A DNA stretch of 64,000 nucleotides, taken from Octopus sinensis. Lineage: Eukaryota. Position 1 is the first letter of the stretch, and the number at the start of each line of letters is the position of its first letter. Shown here piece by piece: positions 1 to 9,449 of this stretch. The DNA lies in assembly GCF_006345805.1 (NCBI RefSeq), contig NC_042998.1, positions 34,348,001 to 34,412,000 on the forward strand, written 5' to 3'. Below the pieces are notes generated by a model. It was not told where the DNA came from. It worked only from the letters and a program-made list of their open reading frames with translations, and ran no database searches. The position numbers and the translations under genes were made by a program.

Positions 1-101
1 ACGCATACATGCATACACACCACATACAGACGCACACAGACACACTCACGCACATGCACGTGCACACACATTTGAATATTTCAACACTACATCGAACCAC
101 T

Positions 102-487
102 TACTCTTTTACTTGTTTCAGTCATTTGACTGTGGCCATGCTGGAGCACTGCCTTTTAGTCGAGCAAATCAACCCCAGGACTTATTGTTTGTAAGCCTAG
201 TACTTATTCTATCAGTCTCTTTTGCCAAACTTCTAAGTTATGGGGACATAAACACACCACACCACCATCAGTTGTCAAGTGATGTTGGGGAAACAAACAC
301 ACACACACACACATATATGTATATGACAGGATTCTTTCAGTTTCCATCTACCAAATCCACTCACAAGGCTTTGGTCGGCCCGAGGCTATAGCAGAAGACA
401 CTTGCCCAAGGTGCAACGCAGTGGGAATGAACTTGGAATCATGTGGTTGGTAAGCCAGCTACTTACCACACAGCCAATCTTGCGCCT
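102..487 (-). mobile_element. SINE family A (tRNA-derived, CORE/OR-like), full length
   Basis: Minus strand reads tRNA-like head (tggctgtgtggtaagtagc...ggttcc.agttc), CORE-like ccttgggcaagtgtcttct, internal (TA/CA)n and tail ctccagcatggccacagtcaaatgactgaaacaagtaaaagag; about 13 copies in window. Confidence 0.85.
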
Positions 488-760
488 ATTTTTTATTTAT
501 GTTTTGTTTGACTTTTATGTTTTTCCTGAAACCAAACATTTGAGAGGTTTTATTCTCTGTTGTGTTAAAGAAACATCTCTCTTCTTAACGTTAAATATGA
601 ATTTAATATGAAATTAAAGATCAGTTATGCCAAAAAAGGAAGTACAGCAGAAATACATTTGCGTACTCAATTACAAAGAAAATTACACAATTCCCTTCAG
701 ATTTTGGAAGTTTAAATAGTTTGTGTTGCAAAATATAATATCAATATCAATTACTTATAA

Positions 761-975
761 AGGCAGCACATGCTGGCAGAATCGTTACAGCACTGGGAAA
801 AATCCTTTGCGGCATTTCTTCCAACTCTACATTGTGAGTTCAAATGTTGCTGAGGCCAACTTAATCTTTCCTCTTTTCTGGGTCAATAAAATAGGTACCA
901 GTTGAACACTGGCGTTCATGGAATTGATTTATGCCCTCCCCAGAAATTGCTGGCCTTGTGCCAAAATTTAAAATC
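761..975 (+). mobile_element. SINE family B (gctggcagaatcgttagc head), diverged
   Basis: Matches family B copies such as 17474-17703 (gagttcaaat B-box-like, aagtaccagtt, ggccttgtgcc tail). Confidence 0.7.
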
Positions 976-1309
976 AATATTGATTACTTATGTAAGGTAA
1001 AATTGTATTTTTTAAATCATTGAACTCCAGCTGGGACATCTTCTTCAAGGTTTTATTTTGATCATATTGATTCCAACATTTATTTCAATCTGCTGCTTAT
1101 TTTATCAATCTCTATTTTTTGAACAGCTAAGTTACACTTTATCACATTGGTTTATTTTCCAGCTGGGGTATCTATGTTTCCACTCTATAGCAAAACACCT
1201 ATAGAGTATCCCCTTTATACCTTAAATCTTTCAACTGGCACCAAGCCACACCCCCATCAAATGTTACCCCCCAACCTCCCAGTTGAGGGGTCTTTGTCTT
1301 GCAATCTAC

Positions 1310-2043
1310 TAGTGATCCTGTTGGTGCTGGTACCACATTAAAAACTCTGGTGATGGTGTCATGTAAAAACCACTGATCCTGGTGCTACATAAAAAGCACT
1401 TAGTACATTCGGTAAAGTGGTTGACGTTAGGAAGGGCATCCAGCTGTAGAAACCAGGGCTGTGGAGTCGGAGAGTCAGAAACAATTAAGGAGTAGCTGGA
1501 GTCAGAGTCAGTAAAACTATACTGACTCTGATTCCCGACTCACAGTGTCTTTATTCTTTAATAGAAACCAGTTATAAGATATAGGCCGACTCAAAGTATA
1601 AGCGTATGCATATGCTTTATGAGATATGTAGACCACAATCACTTGATTACATTAAGAAGAGTCAGAGTCATCGGAAACAATGAAGGGGTAGCTAGAGTCA
1701 GTAAAACTAAACTGACTCTGATTCCGACTCATAATATCTCTATTCTTTAATAGAAACCAATTATAACATATAGGCCTACTCAAAGTATAAGCGTATGCAT
1801 ATGCTTTATGAGATGTGTAGACCGCAATTACTTAATTACATAAAGAGGAGTCGGAGTCGGTGCCAATAGTACAGGAATCGGAGTCAGAGTCGGAAGCAAA
1901 GTTTTTTGTTTCAACTGATAGAAACCATGCCAAAACAGACAATGGAACCTGTGTGCTGCTTTTGGCCTCAACCAGCCCCTGTCAAACCGTCCAACCCATG
2001 CCAGCATGGAAAAACGGATGTTAAATGATGACGATGACGATGT
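1310..2043 (+). mobile_element. Orphan RTE 3'UTR fragment interrupted by a hAT-like MITE
   Basis: gttaggaagggcatccagctgtagaaac...aacccatgccagcatggaaaa...(GAT)n matches the 3' end of the RTE at 13683-15496. Confidence 0.8.
1454..1917. mobile_element. hAT-like non-autonomous element (GGAGTC-repeat type) with internal ~195-bp tandem duplication
   Basis: Starts CAGGGCTGTGGAGTCGG, ends ...CAACTG; 8-bp TSD gtagaaac (1446-1453) / atagaaac (1918-1925). Confidence 0.7.
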
Positions 2044-3340
2044 TTACACAAGCCAACACATATATGGAACTACTTTTGTAACACTGGTTTACACCAGCCA
2101 ACACGTAACATAAAAAAAAAAAAAACTATTTTCGTTTAACCTATTTTCATCAATATTTTAACCAAATATTTCTTCCAATTATGTTTACAGAACGAGGCAG
2201 GCAGGAATGAACATTAAATGCAACATCAATTGTTTCTTCTTGTATTTTTCCTTCCATATTACTTATGTTATTGAGACTCTTATTGATTGCAATCATCATT
2301 TCAATTTCAATTTCCTTGTTTCTGTTTTTCGTTTAGTGGCTCTCTTGAGTTTCTCTTACACACACACATGTATATTTACATTGAGCCAATAATAATATTT
2401 AGGCTGTTCCAGTATGTCATTTATAGTTCTGTATTCACAGGAAGTGCTTTATTAGCAAGAATCGTTTCTATCAGACCATCTGACAATAATATGACAAATA
2501 AACATTTTAATTGCAATTTTGCATTGAAGTGTTTCTTCCACCCACATTTTTCTCTTCTCATAAACTTTCTCGTTACTTGAACCTGTCATTAGTTGAAATA
2601 CTATTTCTTTATGCATACGTCTTTAGTCAATGATCATTCAATATTTGATTGAAAGCGAAGGTCTTTAGAACAAAATTTGAATTGTGAGGCACATGGGAAT
2701 GGTCGTTCTTTTTGCATCACCCCAGGTCAACGATGAGTCATCAGATCTCTGATAGGAGATAGACTGTGAGCCTCTTGTCTTTGTTCAAGGGATACCATCC
2801 CAGGAGTATCCTGGAGACACCTATGTCCTTCCTGGCATGATTTTAGGAAGATAAGTTGCTGTTTCTTAGAAAATGAGTGACCTCATAGTGATGATGGCAT
2901 TACGTAGCTTTAGGAAGAAACGTAGCAATGGTTAGGGTTAGGACACAAGTTGTTGAAGTAGCAGTTAAAGATACCGATGAATGCTAGGGTGGAGGTGTGG
3001 TGCTGATTGTAAAATATTAATGATTGAAAGCTTCCATATTAGAGAGATATCAGAGCTGACTTGAGGTTATGCAGTCAGGATGTAATATGAGTTTAGGTGA
3101 AGCAAATGTTCTGCTTTGAAGAAAAGACATTTGATAAAATTGTATGAACAGAGATAAAACTTTGCTTTTATTTTTAGAGCTCTCTGTTCTTTCTTTCAAA
3201 GTAAAGCATACAGCAGTTATTTTGTTCTCTGAAAAAAGGATGGAGGTTATGTTGATATACAAAAAAAAAAAAAAACAACAAAAAGGAGAAAATTACTATT
3301 TTTAAAACTCACAGCAGCATGAGATGTTCAGCAACAGTAC

Positions 3341-3799
3341 TTTGCAGTAAAGATTGTTTACCAAAATAACGTGGCAGTCCTGGTTTAGGACTAATGTTGC
3401 TGTAATTGTCTCTAGCTGGCTTTACAACACGGTCTGTGTCCTTATATTTTCGAAACAAGGGAATCTAGCACCCCTACTCAGCTCAAAACAATATCTGTGT
3501 ATTGCAATTTCTGGATTATTTCCCTTCATCAGCACAGAATAATTGGTCAGCTAGAGGTGGCGATGCCAAATTCCCACTCGAAATATATAGTTGAAGACTA
3601 TATATAACCCAGAAATCACGATACACAGATATTGTTTTGAGCTGAGTGGGGGTGCTAGATTCCCTTGTTCGATAATATAAGGACACAGATTGTGTCGTAA
3701 TAGCCAGCTGGAGACGATGTCTCATGGGGCTAAATTACAGCAACATTCGTCTTAAATCAGGACTGCCATGTTATGTTGGCTAACAATCTTTACTACAAA
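3341..3799. mobile_element. Fold-back element with ~170-190 bp inverted arms
   Basis: 3341-3519 is the reverse complement of about 3605-3799 (tttg[c/t]agtaaagattgtt...gggaatctagcacccc.actcagctcaaaacaatatctgtgta). Confidence 0.8.
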
Positions 3800-3809
3800 A
3801 AAAAAAAAA

Positions 3810-4013
3810 CTCTTTATTTTTTTGTTTCAGTCGTGTGACTGTGGCCATGCTGGAGCACCGCTTTTGGTCGAGCAAATCGCTCCCAGGACTTATTCTTTGT
3901 AAGCCTAGTACTTATTCTATCCATCTCTTTTGCCGAACCGCTAAGTTACGGGGATGTAAACACACCAGCATCAGTTGTCAAGCGATGTTGGGGGAACAAA
4001 CACAGACACACAA

Positions 4014-4048
<35 letters not shown>

Positions 4049-4206
4049 CGACGGGATTCTTTCAGTTTCCATCTACCAAATCCACTCACAAGGCTTTGGT
4101 CAGCCTGAGGCTATAGTAGAAGACACTTGCCCAAAGTGCCACACAGTGGGACTGAACTCGGAACCATGTGGTTGGTAAGCAAACTACTTACCACACAGCT
4201 ACTCCT
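3810..4206 (-). mobile_element. SINE family A
   Basis: Near full-length match to 28730-29140. Confidence 0.85.
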
Positions 4207-4216
4207 ACAATTTTAA

Positions 4217-4436
4217 CCCTTTCGTTACCAACCCGGCTGAAACCAGCTTTGGCTCTTTAGTATAAATGTCTTGTTTTCATAAGTTTTGAATTAAAATCTT
4301 CCACCAAACCTTAGTCACAGTTTATGTTCCTAACACTAGCTTAATGATAACGAAGATATTTTGCTAAATTCTTTGTTATATTAAAGTAAGTGATAGAAAC
4401 ACAGAGCATCTCAAAATAAATTCAGTAATGAAAGGG
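4217..4436. mobile_element. piggyBac-like MITE
   Basis: TTAA|CCCTTTCGTTAC...GTAATGAAAGGG|TCAA termini; related copies at 52505 and 61097. Confidence 0.75.
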
Positions 4437-4689
4437 TCAAACTTTATGCAACAGACTAGTTAAAAGAACACTGGGTGTACCCTAATATGGTGAGTATATA
4501 AGGAAGTAAAGAGGATAAAGATGATGCAGCACCTAACTAAATAGATTGCAATCTTTAGATTCATCTTTCTTAGTTTCAAGTTTAAACCTTGCCAAGATTA
4601 ACTTTGCTTGTCATTTGTTTTGGGACAATAAAAGACTTACCAGTGTCGACTTAAACAGAACTGAACTGGTAGACTCATTAGCAATCCAA

Positions 4690-4866
4690 GCAAATTGCTT
4701 AGCAGCATTTTGTCTGTCTGTACATTGAGTTTAAATTCTGCCAAGGTTGACTTTACCTTTTATCCTTTCAGAGCTCATACAGTACCAGTTGAGCACTGGA
4801 GTCAATGTAACTGACCCACCCCTTTCTCTGAAATTGCTGGCCTTGTGCCAGAATTTGAAACAAATA
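4690..4866 (+). mobile_element. SINE family B, diverged
   Basis: gagtttaaattctgccaaggttgactttaccttttatcctttc...gtaccagttgagcactgg. Confidence 0.65.
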
Positions 4867-5142
4867 TATCCTTGATCCATGGAAGTTGTTCTTACACTTT
4901 GATTAAAATAAATTAGGTATCAATTAATATCTTTGTCCAGTGTGTCCCATGTCTACTTTTAATCTTTTAGAATTTAAACTGACCATATCAGATCCAAACA
5001 TTCTACTTGTTTTATGGTGTAACTGGCCAGGTCCAGCCTCTCACACCTACCTTACAATGTCATTCTAAAAATAAATAAGAATTACATTGTTGATATCTTG
5101 AAACTATGAGATAATGTAAAATTAATTCAAAACAACTTAAAA

Positions 5143-5577
5143 GGCACCATTCGAGCGTGATCGTTACCAGCGTCACATTACTGGCACTCGAGCCCCGTGC
5201 TAGTAGGGTATTAAGAGCACCATCCGAGCGTGATCATTGCCAGAGCGGCTATTTGGCCTCCGTGCCGGTGGCACGTAAAAGACACCATTTGAGCGTGATC
5301 GTTACAAGCATCGCCTTACTGGCTCCTGTGCTGGTGGCATGTGTAAAAGATTTGAGAGAGGTCGTTGCCAGTACCGCCTGACTGGCCCTCATGCCAGTGG
5401 CACGTAAAAGCACCCACTACACTCTTGGAGTGGTTGGAGTTAGGAAGGGCATCCAGCTGTAGAAACTCTGCCAGATCAAGATAAGTCTGGTGCAGCCATC
5501 TGGTTCGCCAGCCCTCAGTCATACGTCCAACCCATGCTAGCATGGAAAGCAGACGTTAAACGATGATGATGATGATA
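5143..5577 (+). mobile_element. Orphan RTE 3'UTR with internal tandem units
   Basis: gtgccggtggcacgtaaaa units, then the ttaggaagggcatccagc core and (GAT)n tail. Confidence 0.8.
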
Positions 5578-6262
5578 GTGAACGGAACTTATATTCGACA
5601 GAGTAATCTGAATGCCAAAAGTTTCAGGTACTTAAAATTCAGCTCAACTCTTCCTCGAATCACATGCAAGTACTTGACCTGCTATTTCTAGCAGTTCAAG
5701 TGCCTGCACGAAGGTTCACTCATTAGCTCTTCTGTAACACTTGCAAATATGAAGAAACAGATTTCCTGTGTATCTGCAAGTTCAGTAAAAAGTAAGACAA
5801 CAGCACAGTTGCTTCATAGTCTCTGTACTGTTCTGTGGTGTCACATGTGATTGTAGCTTTTAAATAGCATAGTCATTGAGTTGTAAATAATCCTATTTGC
5901 CATCACTTGTTCTTCTAATCCTGGCTTGCATACTTTGATAATCACTCTGATTTGCATTCTGCTCTATACTTATCTCATGACGTTTGCTCGTATAATCTTT
6001 TGTTTTGCTGATTATTGTCAACAGTAAAGCGATGATACAAGGATTTTCAACATTAGAAAAACCCCACGAAAAAATAAAAAGACAAAAGAAAAATATGAAA
6101 ATGAATTTCCTTCTGTCTTGTGATAACAGTTTATCCAGAAAAATAAAAAAAAAATCTTTCTATATTGTGTATAGTCTATATTTATCAAGTCCAGTTAGAG
6201 TTTGTAATTGGATTAAACCACCGTGTTCTCAGATTTGCACAAATCATCATCATCATCATAAT

Positions 6263-6297
<35 letters not shown>

Positions 6298-6298
6298 T

Positions 6299-6810
6299 AA
6301 TCAAAGGACATACTAAGTATGTCTACCTGCTGGAAATATCAGTCAAATCTCTTATTTAAATCGTCAAAATATACTGATAATAACTACTGAAATGAACCAT
6401 CTGAAGTCAAATGGGTTCAGATAATCTCTCAGCATACATTCAAGTACTCTGACTAAGTATGTCTACCTGCTGGAAATAACAGTCAAATCTCTTATTTAAA
6501 TAGTCAAAATATACTGATAATAACTACTGAAATCAACCGTCTGAAGGCGAATGAGTTCAGATAATCTCTCAGCATACATTCAAGTACTCGGACTCACGTG
6601 GACCAGTTTCTGGACTGGCATTACAGCCCCGTCTTCCTCAGCATGCGTTACCATGATGGAAGGCCCCAACCCATCATGCTGAAGTCTGTGTTGCAACTGT
6701 TTCATTTTGTGCCGAATCATGGCAGCCACCAGTGTGAAAATAATTTCAATATGGAGCAAATATTTCACAAGAAAAAAAATAGGTAGACATACTTAGTATG
6801 TCCTTTGATT
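6299..6810. mobile_element. TIR element (30-bp perfect TIRs) with internal 140-bp tandem duplication
   Basis: aatcaaaggacatactaagtatgtctacct (6299-6328) / aggtagacatacttagtatgtcctttgatt (6781-6810); 6312-6451 is repeated at 6452-6591. Confidence 0.8.
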
Positions 6811-6988
6811 GATTTTAATCCTTCAGCTATTTAATGCTTTTTTGGGGGGAGGGGGGTGGCACAATCGCCTATATTTTTGATTCTGTTACTACCCTTTTAA
6901 AATTGTTACACTTGACAATTATAGTCAATGATATCTTTGCAAATTATTTTTCCTATGAATTACTTTTTCTCATAAAATATTTGCTCCA

Positions 6989-7031
<43 letters not shown>

Positions 7032-7033
<2 letters not shown>

Positions 7034-7832
7034 GATTGGCTATGTGGTAAGTAGCTTGCTTACCAACCACATGGTTCCACGTTCAAGTGTTTTCTACTAT
7101 AGCTTTGGGCCGACCAAAGCCTTGTGAGTGGATTTGGTAGATGGAAACTAAAAGAAGCCCGTCGTTTATATGTATATATATATATTATGTGCGTGTATAT
7201 GTTTGTATGTCTGTGTGTGTCCCCCAACATCGCTTGACGACGAATGCTGGTGTGTTTACGTCCCTGTAACTTAGCAGTTCAGCAAAAGAGGCCGATAGAA
7301 TAAGTACTAGGCTTACAAAGAATAAGTCCTGGAGTCAATTTACTCGACTAAAGTTGGTGCTCCAGCATGACCGCAGTCAAATGACTGAAACAAGTAAAAG
7401 AGTAAGAGTGTGTGTGTATATATATATATATATTATATATATATATATATATATAGGATTGGCTATGTGGTAAGTAGCTTGCTTACCAACCACATGGTTC
7501 CACGTTCAAGTGTTTTCTACTATAGCTTTGGGCCGACCAAAGCCTTGTGAGTGGATTTGGTAGATGGAAACTAAAAGAAGCCCGTCGTTTATATGTATAT
7601 ATATATATTTATGTGCGTGTATATGTTTGTATGTCTGTGTGTGTCCCCCAACATCGCTTGACGACGAATGCTGGTGTGTTTACGTCCCTGTAACTTAGCA
7701 GTTCAGCAAAAGAGGCCGATAGAATAAGTACTAGGCTTACAAAGAATAAGTCCTGGAGTCAATTTACTCGACTAAAGTTGGTGCTCCAGCATGACCGCAG
7801 TCAAATGACTGAAACAAGTAAAAGAGTAAGAG
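7032..7832 (+). repeat. Tandem pair of near-identical SINE A copies (~423-bp period)
   Basis: 7032-7408 and 7455-7832 share private variants and the same internal deletion. Confidence 0.85.
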
Positions 7833-7869
7833 TGTGTGTGTATATTTATATATGTATATATATATATAT

Positions 7870-8075
7870 GTGTGACCTCGTGAGCACCGCCAGCAATTTT
7901 TTTTCCTCTGTCTTCCCTTCTCGGGATCTTTCCTTCTCCTTTGTTTCCGACGAAGAGCTCCGCTCAAAACGTTAAACACTCCTTCCCTTCTTTCCTGAGC
8001 ATCCAATAATACTTTATTTGTTCCACGTCCTCGCGTTGCTGTGTTTTTTTGTGTTTTCTTGTTTGGATTAACTAT
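7870..8075 (+). mobile_element. Short Penelope-like (pLTR-type) repeat with degenerate hammerhead motif
   Basis: gttt CCGACGA a GAGC tcc GCTC aAAAC GTT aaac at 7943-7977; element flanked by (TA)n. Confidence 0.55.
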
Positions 8076-8672
8076 ATATATATATATATGTAGAGAGAGA
8101 GAGAGAGAGAGATGCAGATATGGCATCATGGTTTTAGAAGTTTGCTCATCTCTTCTACTCTAGCTGCAATACATTGTGAATGACAGCCAATATATTTTGA
8201 GTGAAATTTAATAGACGAAATGTGGAGAAGTCCATTACATTTGTATATATGTACATATGAGTGAGATGGAGTGCATATTCCCAATGCACATGCTGATCGT
8301 AAACAAAAAAGCCTCATCATTGACAGACACAAGGTCATTAGTTGGCAGTCCTCCACAAAAAACATGTCCAGGTTGTTTGTTGGTTGATAGACAAAGGGAA
8401 TTGCTATCATGCTTGGAAACCAGTGAGACTTGGCATCCAGCCATAGAAAATTCTGCCTCAGCAATGTTTACAAGACATTAATCCATCCAAGGCTATAATA
8501 GAAGATACTTGCCCCAAAAGCCATGCAGTGGTAAGAAACCTGGTAGCATAAGTGAAATTCTTAAGCACACAGCCATGCTTACATCCTATGATCACGTAGT
8601 GTTGTGTATAATTATATATGTAACCTATATAGTACATTTATAAACGGAGCTAATTTAGTTATTTCTTCATAG

Positions 8673-8839
8673 ACTGAAAAAATAATGAACTGCCTTATTC
8701 GATTTTTGAATATTATTGGACTCTCATCAGTGGTTCTTATATCAATTTGACCAACCCCAGAGAAACAAGCAGCCTATCTGTTTATATACTCAACTATTTC
8801 AGTAGCTACAGGCAACTGGGGCAACTAATTTTGCAGACA
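8673..8839 (+). CDS. Candidate internal exon, unknown protein
   Basis: ttatttcttcatAG acceptor and GTAAGT donor at 8840; open frame KNNELPYSIFEYYWTLISGSYINLTNPRETSSLSVYILNYFSSYRQLGQLILQT, but preceded by an in-frame TGA; alternative acceptor at 8730/8731. Confidence 0.3.
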
Positions 8840-9109
8840 GTAAGTATTTCTGCTTCATTTTAAATATCAGGGGCCTGTGAACAGGGACCTCAGTCCACAC
8901 AGTATCAAAGTATTTTGATTTTTACCACACATTTCCAATGTAAAGTTTGCTCTCTATAGAAAAGATTTTAATTGTACCTAAAATGCACTGGTACAATGTC
9001 AGTGAGGTTAAACTACTGGATGACTGATCACATAGCTGGTACATTAGTCTTACCATAGCCAGTGATGATTTCAGTTTGTCTGCCTTAAAAATAAGGAAAA
9101 GAAAAAATC

Positions 9110-9425
9110 ATCATTATGATGATGATGATGATGAAGATTTTCTTTGCACAGCTTCTAATGCTGGAGCTGTTCTATGGTGTCAGCTGTTCACTCCCAGTGA
9201 ACTAAAGTAACACCCCTTATTTTTCAAGCACCTTCCAGAGTATTCGAGTGGTTCCAAGCAGTGCTGTTTTCTGCAAGTGCTCCACCTTTATTGCAGCCCC
9301 TATTTGTTCCGTGAGCTTCTCAAGATTTTTACTCACCGTTCCCAGGGCTCCGACAATCATTGATACTACTACCACCTTTTTTCATCGACCACAACTGCTT
9401 AACGTTCCAAGCTAACCTGTCATCA
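9110..9425 (-). pseudogene. 3' end of R4/Dong-type RLE LINE
   Basis: Minus translation DRLAWNVKQLWSMKK/VVVVSMIVGALGTVSKNLEKLTEQIGAAIKVEHLQKTALLGTTRILWKVLEK* (one frameshift), typical of the RLE C-terminus; (TCA)n tail. Confidence 0.75.
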
Positions 9426-9449
9426 TCTAACCATCTCACAGCTGAAAGG

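Noticed and set aside
2930-2941. ggttagggttag telomere-like sequence
   Set aside because: Under two full units, expected by chance.
2690-2960. Possible Penelope RT remnant (YLPKI-like) on the minus strand
   Set aside because: A single short motif with no colinear support.
8803-8828. ATGNWG peptide resembling the RPB2 motif
   Set aside because: Immediately followed by a stop and flanked by no other polymerase similarity; chance match.
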